Shown here one piece after another: positions 55,087 to 64,000 of a stretch of 64,000 nucleotides of DNA. The stretch's first letter is position 1. Every line of letters starts with the position of its first letter. Below the pieces are notes generated by a model that saw nothing but the letters and a program-made list of their open reading frames with translations, did no database searches and was not told the origin of the DNA. The DNA comes from Bacteroidales bacterium (GTDB lineage: Bacteria; Bacteroidota; Bacteroidia; Bacteroidales; FEN-979): NCBI GenBank assembly GCA_963662525.1, contig OY759717.1, positions 1,237,670-1,301,669 of the forward strand, given 5' to 3'. Position numbers and translations under genes: made by a program.

Positions 55087-55589
55087 GTCATGTCCTCCTT
55101 ATTTTTTTTTGATGAGTATTTAACTTTTGCTTCCCTGTTAAGGCTGGTAAAATGCAATTCCAGGTCCATCAGCAAGGATTCATAATTTTTCAAACTTGAG
55201 AATTTAATCTCATAACAGGTCAACACATTGGGAATATTCCGGATTTTTTGCTGAATCTGGTCCAATTGGGACTTCTTAAAAGGACCTTCAACAAGGAGAA
55301 GAAAATCAGTTTGTCTCATTTCCGGCAGGAGAACAAATTCCTGTCCCCTGTTGGAAAGTAAAAAATAGGCATTATAATGATCTTCATCAGTGCAATGATA
55401 AAAGGAAAAACTGTCGGGATTTTTTTTGGGTGAAGCAGAAACGAAGAAGTCATCCATTTTGATAAATTCCAGTTCCAGATAATGGTTAAGTAAATATGAA
55501 AGGCGGTAGTCTTTCAGATGGCAGGAAATGCCAATGAGGGTATATAAAGCCGGCTCAGATCTTGTTTCCAGAAAAACTTTCTTGGCCAT
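55080..55589 (-). CDS. IPExxxVDY-family protein (Bacteroidota-specific, function unknown)
   Basis: The motif variant LPEMRQTDF sits at the expected place, and the gene lies downstream of rnc as I recall for this family. Confidence 0.45.
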   Translation of the reverse strand: MAKKVFLETRSEPALYTLIGISCHLKDYRLSYLLNHYLELEFIKMDDFFVSASPKKNPDSFSFYHCTDEDHYNAYFLLSNRGQEFVLLPEMRQTDFLLLVEGPFKKSQLDQIQQKIRNIPNVLTCYEIKFSSLKNYESLLMDLELHFTSLNREAKVKYSSKKNKEDMTC

Positions 55590-55635
55590 GATTTGTTCAT
55601 TATCATAACAAATATATAAAATTATCAGGAAAAGG

Positions 55636-56370
55636 TCAACTGTTATCGCTGTTTATTTTTTGCCAGGCTTTTTCGGCCCCGTTTTGTTCCGCTCCCTTGA
55701 TGGAATAATCCTGGCCATGGGCGAAAGAATTCCCGTCGATAATAACGTCCACAATATACTGCTTTTTATATCCTGAGCCTATTTCTTTAAGCACATTAAA
55801 CCGCAACTGCTTACGTTCTTTTTGTGTCCATTCTATTAACTTACTTTTAAAATTAACTTCCTGATTAACCAGCTCATCAATATTAAAATTATGCCTGATG
55901 ATACGTTCAATAATAATCTTTTTAGTAAAATCATATCCTTTATCCAGATAGAGTGCTCCGATCAAAGCCTCAAAGGCATCGCCCTTGAGCGATCGGAACA
56001 ATCCGTTGGAAGAACTGTCGATCTGGATCAGGGAATCAATTCCCATCTTTTGAGATAATTTGTTCAATTGGGCCCGGCTGACAATTTTCGACCTCATTTC
56101 GGTAAGGAAACCTTCATCGCGGGTAGGAAATGTTTTAAATAGATAATCGGCTGTCACAGCATTCAGGATAGCATCTCCCAGAAATTCAAGCCTTTCATTG
56201 TTAACTTTTACCCCGTTCAGGGTTTCTTGAGTTGCTGATTTATGTAAAAAGGCAAGGCGATATAAAAAAATATTTCCAGGGCAAAACCCGAAAATATTTT
56301 TAATGGCTCTTTTTAGTTGTTTATCGGAATTAAGCGAAAATGAATCCGGTTTTAAAGACCTGAACCTCAA
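55636..56370 (-). CDS. rnc: Ribonuclease III
   Basis: Contains NERLEFLGDAIL and a C-terminal dsRBD. Confidence 0.9.
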   Translation of the reverse strand: MRFRSLKPDSFSLNSDKQLKRAIKNIFGFCPGNIFLYRLAFLHKSATQETLNGVKVNNERLEFLGDAILNAVTADYLFKTFPTRDEGFLTEMRSKIVSRAQLNKLSQKMGIDSLIQIDSSSNGLFRSLKGDAFEALIGALYLDKGYDFTKKIIIERIIRHNFNIDELVNQEVNFKSKLIEWTQKERKQLRFNVLKEIGSGYKKQYIVDVIIDGNSFAHGQDYSIKGAEQNGAEKAWQKINSDNS

Positions 56371-56376
56371 TGCAGG

Positions 56377-57627
56377 TTATTCCTTAAATTTCTTGAAAAT
56401 AATACTGGCATTATGACCGCCAAACCCAAAAGTATTGGTTAAGGCATTATTAACTACCCGCTTTTGGGCTGTATGGAAAGTGAAATTAAGGGGTGCGATT
56501 TCCGGATCATCCGTAAAATGGTTGATCGTTGGCGGGACAATATCATGGATCACGGTCATCAGAGTAGCTATTGATTCAATGGCTCCGGCAGCACCAAGCA
56601 AATGGCCCGTCATGGATTTGGTGGAGTTGATATTCATTTTAAATGCATGATCCCCGAAAAGGCTTACGATGGCCTTGGGTTCGGCAATATCCCCGGCCGG
56701 AGTGGAAGTGCCGTGAGTGTTGATATGATCGATATCTTCAATATTCAGTCCGGCATCTTCTATGGCCTGCTGCATAGAAAGAATGGCTCCCATTCCTTCG
56801 GGATGAGGAGCAGTCATATGATGGGCATCAGCTGAAAGTCCTCCTCCAGCAACTTCACCATAAATTTTTGCACCGCGGTTCAATGCATGTTCCAGTTCTT
56901 CAAAGATAAGGGCTCCAGCACCTTCTCCAATGACAAACCCGTCACGGTCCTTGTCGTAAGGACGGGATGCTGTAAGGGGATCATCATTGCGGGTAGAAAT
57001 GGCATGTATGGCATTGAAACCACCAACCCCAGCAGGGTTAAGAGCCGCTTCGGAGCCACCGGCAATAAATGCATTGGCTTTCCCGAGCCGGATATAGTTA
57101 AAAGCGTCAACCAAGGCATTGGAAGAGGAAGCGCAAGCAGATACAGTAGCAAAATTAGGTCCCCGAAAACCATGCCTCATAGCAATATGGCCAGCACAGA
57201 TATCAGAAATCATTTTAGGAATAAAAAAAGGATTAAACCTTGGGGTTCCATCACCTTTGATCCAGTTCGAAACTTCTGTGATCAGGGTATCCAATCCTCC
57301 TATTCCGGAGGCCCAGATAACCCCAACCTTATTTTTGTCGAGGGAATCCAGATTGAAACCAGCATCTTTAATGGCCTGATCTGCACATACAATCCCAAAA
57401 TGACAATAAATGTCATACTTCCTCACATCTTTCCGGTCGAAATAATCTTCCGGATTGAAATTCTTCACTTCACAGCCGATCTGTGTTTTGAATTTCGATG
57501 CATCGAAACGGGTGATGGGCCCTGCACCACTAACTCCATGAATCAGGTTATTCCAGTATTCATCAACGGAATTACCCAGCGGAGTAAGTGCTCCAAGACC
57601 AGTTACTACAACTCGCCTTAATTTCAC
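56377..57627 (-). CDS. fabF: Beta-ketoacyl-ACP synthase II
   Basis: Active-site context ..ATVSACASS.., plus ..HGTSTP.. and ..GFGGHNAS... Confidence 0.95.
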   Translation of the reverse strand: MKLRRVVVTGLGALTPLGNSVDEYWNNLIHGVSGAGPITRFDASKFKTQIGCEVKNFNPEDYFDRKDVRKYDIYCHFGIVCADQAIKDAGFNLDSLDKNKVGVIWASGIGGLDTLITEVSNWIKGDGTPRFNPFFIPKMISDICAGHIAMRHGFRGPNFATVSACASSSNALVDAFNYIRLGKANAFIAGGSEAALNPAGVGGFNAIHAISTRNDDPLTASRPYDKDRDGFVIGEGAGALIFEELEHALNRGAKIYGEVAGGGLSADAHHMTAPHPEGMGAILSMQQAIEDAGLNIEDIDHINTHGTSTPAGDIAEPKAIVSLFGDHAFKMNINSTKSMTGHLLGAAGAIESIATLMTVIHDIVPPTINHFTDDPEIAPLNFTFHTAQKRVVNNALTNTFGFGGHNASIIFKKFKE

Positions 57628-57660
57628 TTGTACGACATTTTATCATTCATCGACTAAAGG

Positions 57661-57688
57661 AAACCCCCGCCCAGGCGGGGTGTGTTTT
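57661..57688 (-). terminator. Stem-loop (attenuator/terminator-like) between acpP and fabF
   Basis: The minus strand reads CCCCGC-ctgg-GCGGGG followed by gtttccttt. Confidence 0.45.
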
Positions 57689-57746
57689 GATCTGCATTAA
57701 GCAGGAGGAAGAGCCAAATAATGGATCAACCGATGAACCGGAAGAA

Positions 57747-57983
57747 TTACTTAGCGTTGTTTTCAACATAAGAAATAACCTCCCCAACCGTACTGATTTT
57801 TTCAGCCTGATCATCGGGAATGGCAATGTCAAACTCCCTCTCAAACTCCATAATAAGTTCTACTGTGTCCAGGGAATCGGCACCTAAATCATTGGTGAAG
57901 CTTGCTTCAGGTGTAACTTCACTTTCATCAACACCAAGCTTATCAACGATGATAGCTTTAACTTTTGCTGCAATGTCAGACAT
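57747..57983 (-). CDS. acpP: Acyl carrier protein
   Basis: Contains [13 protein letters not shown]. The start is trimmed to the ATG at 57983, giving 78 aa. Confidence 0.95.
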   Translation of the reverse strand: MSDIAAKVKAIIVDKLGVDESEVTPEASFTNDLGADSLDTVELIMEFEREFDIAIPDDQAEKISTVGEVISYVENNAK

Positions 57984-58040
57984 GTTTTTTCCTTTTTTGG
58001 TTAAACGGACTGCAAAGAAATGAATTTTATTATTACCCAC

Positions 58041-58048
58041 CAAAAATA
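58041..58048 (-). promoter_or_regulatory. -7 promoter box TATTTTTG (minus strand)
   Basis: The plus strand reads CAAAAATA, 58 nt upstream of the acpP ATG. Confidence 0.35.
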
Positions 58049-58141
58049 TTTATGATTTTTTAACAATTGCAAAATGTATACTTCTGATAATCTGAATATT
58101 GCAAAATTTGTTAGGGTCGGTCGTACAGAGATTAACTTTTG

Positions 58142-58149
58142 TATTTTTG
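58142..58149 (+). promoter_or_regulatory. -7 promoter box TATTTTTG
   Basis: Matches TAnnTTTG, 21 nt before the purN ATG. Confidence 0.45.
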
Positions 58150-58170
58150 CAGTTTATCATTGAAAATGTT

Positions 58171-58758
58171 ATGATTAGACGATTAGCCATCCTGGCATCC
58201 GGTAATGGTTCCAATGCTCAACGCCTCATGGAACATTTCTTCTCACATCCTTCAGTTAGGGTGACATTACTGCTCAGTAATAATCCTGAAGCGCTGGTTC
58301 TGGAGAGGGCAAGGAAGATGCATGTCCCGGTTGTTACATTCAGCCGTGAGGATTTTTACCATACCCAGCATATCCTGGATTTACTCTCTGTTCAAGGGAT
58401 AGATTGGATCATCCTGGCTGGTTTTCTCTGGCTTATCCCAACCAACATCTTGAAATTTTATCCAAACCGTATTCTCAACATCCATCCTGCCTTACTTCCA
58501 AAACACGGAGGAAAAGGGATGTATGGGATGAAGGTGCACGAAGCTGTCATTCAGAGCAGAGATACAGAATCCGGTATTACAATTCATTATGTGAATGAAA
58601 AATATGATGATGGTCAGGTAATCTTCCAGGCAAAATGCCAGATTACACCGGAGGACTCTGCTGAAACCCTGGCGGGAAAAGTTCATGAGCTGGAATATCG
58701 CTGGTACCATGAAATTATTGAACAAACCCTCAACCATCATCCGTCAACTGTCATCTGA
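58171..58758 (+). CDS. purN: Phosphoribosylglycinamide formyltransferase
   Basis: Contains LASGNGSN, ..NIHPALLP.. and ..HYV.E..D.G... The ATG at 58171 is preferred. Confidence 0.9.
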   Translation: MIRRLAILASGNGSNAQRLMEHFFSHPSVRVTLLLSNNPEALVLERARKMHVPVVTFSREDFYHTQHILDLLSVQGIDWIILAGFLWLIPTNILKFYPNRILNIHPALLPKHGGKGMYGMKVHEAVIQSRDTESGITIHYVNEKYDDGQVIFQAKCQITPEDSAETLAGKVHELEYRWYHEIIEQTLNHHPSTVI

Positions 58759-58772
58759 TCTCTGTCGACAGT

Positions 58773-60119
58773 CTATTTTAGCCTACCTTCCAGCAATTCC
58801 GTTTCTTTTTCAAAGCCAGGTTTACCCAGCAAAGCAAACATGTTTTTCTTGTATGCTTCTACTCCCGGCTGATCAAATGGGTTGATGCCCAGGGCGTATC
58901 CGCTCAGGGCACAGGAAAATTCAAAGAAATAGATCAATTGTCCCAGGGTGTTTTCATTCAAGTAAGGAATATTGATTTTCAGATTAGGCACACCTCCGTC
59001 AACATGGGCCAGCATGGTCCCGAGTTCAGCCATTCTGTTTATTTCCGACATTCGTTTCCCGGAAAGAAAATTCAATCCGTCATGGTTTTCATGATCTGTG
59101 GGCGCAATGAGTTCGTTTCTGGGGTTCACTATGGAAATTACTGTCTCAAATATAATCCGGATGCCTTCCTGGAGATATTGGCCCATGGAATGCAAGTCGG
59201 CCGTAAAAGTCACGCCGGCCGGGAAGATTCCCTTTCCTTCCTTTCCTTCGCTTTCCCCGAATAACTGTTTCCACCATTCTATAAAATACAGCATCGTTGG
59301 TTCAAAACTTACAAGGACCTCTATACATTTACCATTCCGGTATAGGATGTTGCGGATAGCGGCATAAAGGGCACAGGGGTTTGTATTGCAATCTCCGGAA
59401 TTTAAAGCTTCCTCCCTCATGGTGGCAGCACCCTGGATCAAAGCACGAATATCGAACCCTGCGACAGCAATGGGCAACAGTCCGACAGGAGTAAGTACGG
59501 AGTAACGGCCGCCCACATCATCCGGAATGATATAGGAAGGATAACCTTCAATATCTGACATTTTTTTCAGGGCTCCCTTCGATTTATCTGTAACAGTAAT
59601 GATCCGGCTTCGCGATTCTTCTTTGCCATATTTCTTTTCCAGATGATTTTTAATTAAACGAAAAGCCACGGCGGGTTCCGTTGTCGTTCCGGATTTTGAA
59701 ATAACAGCAACAGCATAATCTTTCTGATCGAGCAGGCCGAGCAGGAATGAATGGTAATCTTCACTCAAGTTTTCACCGGCATAAATAACCTGCGGAAATA
59801 CCTGACCGGACTTTAATTGTGAAAAGGGATCGCTTAATGCTTCAATCACAGCCCTTGAACCAAGGTACGACCCTCCGATTCCGATCACTACGAAGACCTC
59901 AGCTATTTTTCGGATGCGTTCAGCATCCTGTTCCAATCGTCGGATCATTGATTCATCAATGCTGACAGGCAGATCCAGCCAGCCAAGAAAATCATTTCCC
60001 TTTCCGGTTCGGTCTGTCAATTCACGATGACATTTCATAATTTCTTCCTGGAAGCGCGGAAGGCATTTCTCGCCGATAAAAGCAGCGGCATTGCGGGAAT
60101 CAAAGGTCAATTTTTGCAT
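58773..60119 (-). CDS. pgi: Glucose-6-phosphate isomerase
   Basis: PGI blocks (..GIGGSYLG.., ..ISKSGTTTEP.., ..GGRYS.., ..FDQPGVE..). The start is trimmed to the ATG at 60119. Confidence 0.9.
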   Translation of the reverse strand: MQKLTFDSRNAAAFIGEKCLPRFQEEIMKCHRELTDRTGKGNDFLGWLDLPVSIDESMIRRLEQDAERIRKIAEVFVVIGIGGSYLGSRAVIEALSDPFSQLKSGQVFPQVIYAGENLSEDYHSFLLGLLDQKDYAVAVISKSGTTTEPAVAFRLIKNHLEKKYGKEESRSRIITVTDKSKGALKKMSDIEGYPSYIIPDDVGGRYSVLTPVGLLPIAVAGFDIRALIQGAATMREEALNSGDCNTNPCALYAAIRNILYRNGKCIEVLVSFEPTMLYFIEWWKQLFGESEGKEGKGIFPAGVTFTADLHSMGQYLQEGIRIIFETVISIVNPRNELIAPTDHENHDGLNFLSGKRMSEINRMAELGTMLAHVDGGVPNLKINIPYLNENTLGQLIYFFEFSCALSGYALGINPFDQPGVEAYKKNMFALLGKPGFEKETELLEGRLK

Positions 60120-60298
60120 AATTTCTTCATTTATATCCGTAACGAAAATAGGAAGAAAGCGGGAAGAAGCAAAAAAAAAGTGCGTCCTCTTGCTCAGAAC
60201 ACACTTTAAGATCAATAAACAAAACCTTACGTTATGGTTGAAAAAACAATTAAACTTTAATAGTCAGACAAAATTAATCCAAAGTTTACCATTTAGAT

Positions 60299-60334
60299 GT
60301 TAACGAATATTAAATTACGTTAAAAATTGTTAAA
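60299..60334 (+). promoter_or_regulatory. Three GTTAA direct repeats phased 20 and 10 nt apart (candidate response-regulator site)
   Basis: GTTAAC at 60299, GTTAAA at 60319 and GTTAAA at 60329, just upstream of the -7 box at 60357. Confidence 0.2.
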
Positions 60335-60356
60335 AGCCTGAATCTCAAAATTTCGG

Positions 60357-60364
60357 TACCTTTG
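60357..60364 (+). promoter_or_regulatory. -7 promoter box TACCTTTG
   Basis: Matches TAnnTTTG, 5 nt before the ATG at 60370. Confidence 0.45.
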
Positions 60365-60369
60365 TCACC

Positions 60370-61656
60370 ATGAACCGACGGATCATTATTATTACCATTA
60401 TCGCCATGACCTTTGCACTTATCGGGCTGCTGGGCATACAGATCTATTGGATTAACAATGCTTCTTCGGTAAAAGAAGCCAACTTCAGGCGAAGTGTGAA
60501 CGAAGCCCTGGCCAAAGTAGTCATGAAAGTTGAACGCATTGAGAAAAACAAAGCGCTAGTCGAGAATCAGTTCGAAAGCATGCTTAATTTCAATCGTCAT
60601 CTTCCTTACGAAAACTTTATTGATAAAAACATCCTCGACTCCCTGATAGCTCTTGAACTGAATATCAAAGGCATTGATACCCGTTATGAATTTGGTATTT
60701 TCAAGCCTGAAGGATTGGAGTTCCTGATTGAGAAATCAGGCAATTACCGGAAAGAACTGATTGAAAAAGGATATGCCTTCAACCTTTTTCAGAGCGATAT
60801 CTATACCAGCCCGGAATATCTTCTGATCTTTTTTCCTAAAGAAAAACAATTCTTGCTGACGGAGCTTTGGGGAATGCTACTTATTAGCATCATCCTTATA
60901 ATTGTGATCGTTTATTCATTTACCTATACCATCTCAACCATCTTCAGGCAAAAGCGGTTATCAGAAATGAAAAATGATTTTATCAACAATATGACCCATG
61001 AATTTAAAACTCCGATTTCGACTATTTCATTGGCATGCGAAGCCCTGGGTGATAAAGACCTGCGTAAATCCGATGAGTTCTTTCTTTCCTACATCACCAT
61101 GATACAGGAAGAAAACAAACGCCTGGCCGGAATGGCGGAAAAGATCCTGCAGACAGCAGTAATTGAAAAAGGCCAGCTAAAAATGAACCGTGAAAAAATC
61201 AATCTTCATGATATCATTACAGATGTGATTAAGAATTTACGCATTCAGGTTGAAATCAAAGATGGAGAAATCCAGGCAAATTTCGGTGCGACCAGACCGG
61301 TTATTGAAGGCGATCGTGTCCATTTAACGAACCTGGTATATAATCTGTTTGATAATGCGAATAAATACTCACCCAGAAAACCATTTATAAGAATAGAAAC
61401 AGAAAACACCAGCAACGGAATCACGCTTACCATTGAAGACCATGGCATCGGGATCAATAAAAATGAGCAGAAAAAAATCTTTGACAAACTTTACCGGGTA
61501 CCAACAGGCAACATCCATGAAGTCAGGGGTTTCGGACTGGGACTTAGTTATGTGAAAGCCATCATTGATGAACATGGGGGAAAAGTTGGGCTGGAAAGCG
61601 AAGTAAATAAAGGAAGTAAATTTACTGTATTCCTTCCTTTCAGGATAAAAGACTAA
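60370..61656 (+). CDS. Sensor histidine kinase (two TM segments, HisKA + HATPase_c)
   Basis: H-box THEFKTPI, N box NLFDNANKY, and G boxes DHGIGI and GFGLGLSYV. Confidence 0.9.
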   Translation: MNRRIIIITIIAMTFALIGLLGIQIYWINNASSVKEANFRRSVNEALAKVVMKVERIEKNKALVENQFESMLNFNRHLPYENFIDKNILDSLIALELNIKGIDTRYEFGIFKPEGLEFLIEKSGNYRKELIEKGYAFNLFQSDIYTSPEYLLIFFPKEKQFLLTELWGMLLISIILIIVIVYSFTYTISTIFRQKRLSEMKNDFINNMTHEFKTPISTISLACEALGDKDLRKSDEFFLSYITMIQEENKRLAGMAEKILQTAVIEKGQLKMNREKINLHDIITDVIKNLRIQVEIKDGEIQANFGATRPVIEGDRVHLTNLVYNLFDNANKYSPRKPFIRIETENTSNGITLTIEDHGIGINKNEQKKIFDKLYRVPTGNIHEVRGFGLGLSYVKAIIDEHGGKVGLESEVNKGSKFTVFLPFRIKD

Positions 61657-61687
61657 ATTTGTTACTTTCCCGTTATTTGCTTTTGCT

Positions 61688-62389
61688 ATGGACAAAAACC
61701 AAATCAACATACTTCTCGCCGAGGACGACCGCAACTTGGGGAACATCCTGAAAAACTATCTGGATGCAAAAGGATATTCGGCCACCCTTTGTATCAATGG
61801 GCAGGAAGCTATTGATGCTTTTGCAAAAAAAAGTTATGATTTCTGCATCCTGGATATCATGATGCCTGTAAAAGACGGATTCACAGCTGCCAAAGAAATC
61901 CGGGTAGCCAATGCTAAAGTGCCCATTCTGTTTTTAACTGCCAAAGCGCTTCAGGAAGACAAGCTCAAGGGTTTTGAGGCAGGAGCAGATGACTATCTGA
62001 CTAAACCTTTCAGTATGGAAGAGTTGCTGCTTCGCATGCAAGCAATTCTCAGGCGAACTGAAGAACCAGGAAAAGCTACTTTCCGCGAGAACTTTTTCTC
62101 CATCGGTCTCTATTCCTTCGATTTCAACCGCCAGCTATTAAGCATCCGGGGAAAGGAACAAAAGCTCACATCGAAAGAGGCTGGTTTACTTAAACTGCTG
62201 TGCACTCATGCCAATGAAGTTCTCGATCGGAGCGTGGCCCTGAATCAGGTTTGGAATGACGACAGCTATTTCAATGCCCGCAGCATGGATGTATATATCG
62301 CCAAACTCCGTAAATATCTGAAAGATGATCCCAGGGTTGAGTTGATCAATGTTCATGGAGTAGGGTTCAAACTGGTGATGAATAAATGA
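61688..62389 (+). CDS. OmpR/PhoB-family response regulator
   Basis: A receiver domain plus a winged-helix C-terminus (..MDVYIAKLRKYL..GVGFKL). Confidence 0.9.
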   Translation: MDKNQINILLAEDDRNLGNILKNYLDAKGYSATLCINGQEAIDAFAKKSYDFCILDIMMPVKDGFTAAKEIRVANAKVPILFLTAKALQEDKLKGFEAGADDYLTKPFSMEELLLRMQAILRRTEEPGKATFRENFFSIGLYSFDFNRQLLSIRGKEQKLTSKEAGLLKLLCTHANEVLDRSVALNQVWNDDSYFNARSMDVYIAKLRKYLKDDPRVELINVHGVGFKLVMNK

Positions 62390-63066
62390 AACCTCCAACC
62401 CGGCTTTTTATCGTTCCTACTCCTATCGGTAATCTGGAGGATATTACCTTACGCGCATTGAGGGTGTTAAAGGAAGTTGATTTTATCCTGGCAGAGGACA
62501 CCCGCAATACCGGGTTTCTGCTCAAGCACTACGGGATCGACAAGAAACTGGTCTCTCATCATCTGTTTAATGAACATCAATCCATCCGGAACATAGTCGA
62601 TCAGCTGAAAAATGGCGCAGTGGTAGCTTTGGTCAGTGATGCTGGAACACCAGCTATTTCCGATCCCGGCTACCTGCTGGTGAGAGAATGTATAAAAGAG
62701 GAACTCCAGGTGGAGTGTCTGCCTGGGGCAACAGCTTTTATTCCGGCTCTTGTAAACTCAGGGATTCCTTCCGATCACTTCATTTTTGAAGGATTCCTTC
62801 CCCATAAAAAAGGCCGCAAGACCAGGCTTGAAACACTCGCCAGGGAAGAAAAAACAATGATCTTTTACGAATCACCTTTCCGCCTTGTCAAGAGTCTGTC
62901 GCAGTTTTCCGAATATTTTGGAGAAGATAGATATGGCTGCGTTTCTCGTGAATTAACCAAACTCTATGAGGAAAACATCAGAGGCTCATTAAAAGAACTC
63001 ATTGCCTACTTTGAACAAAAAACAGTAAAAGGAGAAATTGTAATTATTGTTGAAGGGAAAAAATAA
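62386..63066 (+). CDS. rsmI: 16S rRNA (cytidine1402-2'-O)-methyltransferase
   Basis: Contains LFIVPTPIGNLEDIT, AEDTR and ..SDAGTPAISDPG... Confidence 0.9.
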   Translation: MKPPTRLFIVPTPIGNLEDITLRALRVLKEVDFILAEDTRNTGFLLKHYGIDKKLVSHHLFNEHQSIRNIVDQLKNGAVVALVSDAGTPAISDPGYLLVRECIKEELQVECLPGATAFIPALVNSGIPSDHFIFEGFLPHKKGRKTRLETLAREEKTMIFYESPFRLVKSLSQFSEYFGEDRYGCVSRELTKLYEENIRGSLKELIAYFEQKTVKGEIVIIVEGKK

Positions 63067-63158
63067 AAAACTCCCCTGAAATGTTCACTCCTCCGGCCTG
63101 TCTGTCTTCCTGATATCGAAATAGATTTTAGTATTTTTAATGGTCAAATCTTGAATGC

Positions 63159-63776
63159 ATGTGCGGAAGATATTCATTTGCGGTGGAAGATGCTTTAATC
63201 AAAGAACGTTTTGGCGTTAGGGTGCATACTGCCATTTACAAAGCCCGATACAACTGTTCCCCGGGGCAGGATCTGGCAGTTATTTCGAATGAAAACAAAG
63301 AAGAGATAACCATTTACCGCTGGGGACTTATCCCCTTTTGGGCAAATGACCCAAAAATCGGGAACAAGCTCATCAATGCAAGATCGGAGACTATCCTTGA
63401 AAAACCATCTTTTAAACACGCTTTCCTTAACAGGAGATGTCTGGTCCCTGCCGACAGTTTTTATGAATGGAGAAAAGGCAAAGCCAAAACACCATTCCGT
63501 ATCCTGATGCAGGATGAATCTATCTTCTCCATGGCGGGGATATGGGATCAATGGATCAGCAGTGAGGGTGAAATAGTAAAAACCTTTTCTATAATCACCA
63601 CGACTCCCAATGAATTAATGGCCACGATTCACGATCGAATGCCAGTTATTCTTCATCCTGAAGATGAAAAGAAATGGCTGAAACAAACTTCAAAAAATGA
63701 ACTTCTGGATCTGCTTAAACCTTTTTCTGCTGACAGAATGAAAGCTTATCCTATATCATCAGTGAACAACCCCTGA
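63159..63776 (+). CDS. SOS response-associated peptidase (SRAP/YedK family)
   Basis: N-terminal MCGRYS, plus ..NARSET.. and ..IHDRMPVIL... Confidence 0.9.
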   Translation: MCGRYSFAVEDALIKERFGVRVHTAIYKARYNCSPGQDLAVISNENKEEITIYRWGLIPFWANDPKIGNKLINARSETILEKPSFKHAFLNRRCLVPADSFYEWRKGKAKTPFRILMQDESIFSMAGIWDQWISSEGEIVKTFSIITTTPNELMATIHDRMPVILHPEDEKKWLKQTSKNELLDLLKPFSADRMKAYPISSVNNP

Positions 63777-64000
63777 CATTACTGGCATCAAAACGACCTA
63801 TTACTTCAAAAGATCCATCAGCATATTTCCGTCCGAGATCCTGGGTTGAAATAAAAGCACAGGAATAAACATTAGCCAGATCGATGATGTTGATACCACC
63901 CGAGGCACCTGGCTTTTCATAAGAAAACGGATCGTTGGTTTCCCGAATAAGCACCCGCATCCAGGGTGGACAATGGAAAAGACCATCCCCCATGGAATAA
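63751..64000 (-). CDS. Partial (3' end only) LuxE/PaaK-like acyl-protein synthetase family gene; 5' end lies beyond the window
   Basis: The frame stays open to the window edge. The C-terminal resemblance (..GGINIIDLAN..F.V.GR.D..NVRGCS) is tentative. Confidence 0.4.
   Translation of the reverse strand, partial: YSMGDGLFHCPPWMRVLIRETNDPFSYEKPGASGGINIIDLANVYSCAFISTQDLGRKYADGSFEVIGRFDASNVRGCSLMI

Noticed and set aside
56887-57621. Long antisense ORFs: 244 aa opposite fabF, and also 11314-11898, 29047-29640, 32652-33293, 35315-35680 and 38385-38807.
   Set aside because: Each lies entirely inside a well-supported gene on the other strand, none has a recognisable motif, and the amino-acid composition is typical of antisense frames.
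1-64000. Mobile elements, prophage or a known defence system (RM, TA, CBASS, retron, Abi and similar).
   Set aside because: No transposase, integrase, reverse transcriptase, nuclease-helicase pair, terminal inverted repeats or phage structural genes were recognised in any of the six frames provided.

Overview
This is a 64-kb chromosomal window from what looks like a Bacteroidota genome. That assignment is inferred from T9SS-type C-terminal sorting tails, PorT-like, SPOR and IPExxxVDY-type genes, and recurrent TAnnTTTG -7 promoter boxes. The window holds about 60 protein genes on both strands, mostly housekeeping. They include a DEAD-box helicase, fbaA, ruvB, queG, ubiX, ispB-like, class II RNR nrdJ, ansA, tatD, dusB, tdk, a cyclophilin, pheS, a UbiB-like kinase, rnc-fabF-acpP, purN, pgi, rsmI, a SRAP peptidase and two OmpR-type two-component pairs. 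There are also many envelope or secreted proteins and two tRNAs, Arg-CCG and Ser-GGA. I found no rRNA, CRISPR array, transposase, integrase, phage gene or recognisable defence gene, and I cannot point to a convincing novel multi-gene system. Four things stand out. (1) A family of imperfect 7-8-nt periodic tandem arrays sits exactly at gene junctions, often containing the stop and/or start codon, and the same units recur at distant loci. (2) A roughly 1626-aa tandem-fused double UvrA-like protein has four ABC nucleotide-binding domains, and both units lack the UvrB-binding insert. Its inter-unit linker is encoded by one of these heptamer arrays. (3) A G10/C10 homopolymer lies inside a coding region. 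(4) An AT-richer accessory stretch of lipoprotein, T9SS-cargo and regulator genes abuts the 3' end of tRNA-Arg. Several ORF-track starts were trimmed where the N-terminal extension is implausible. All functional calls come from motif recognition by eye, because no searches could be run.
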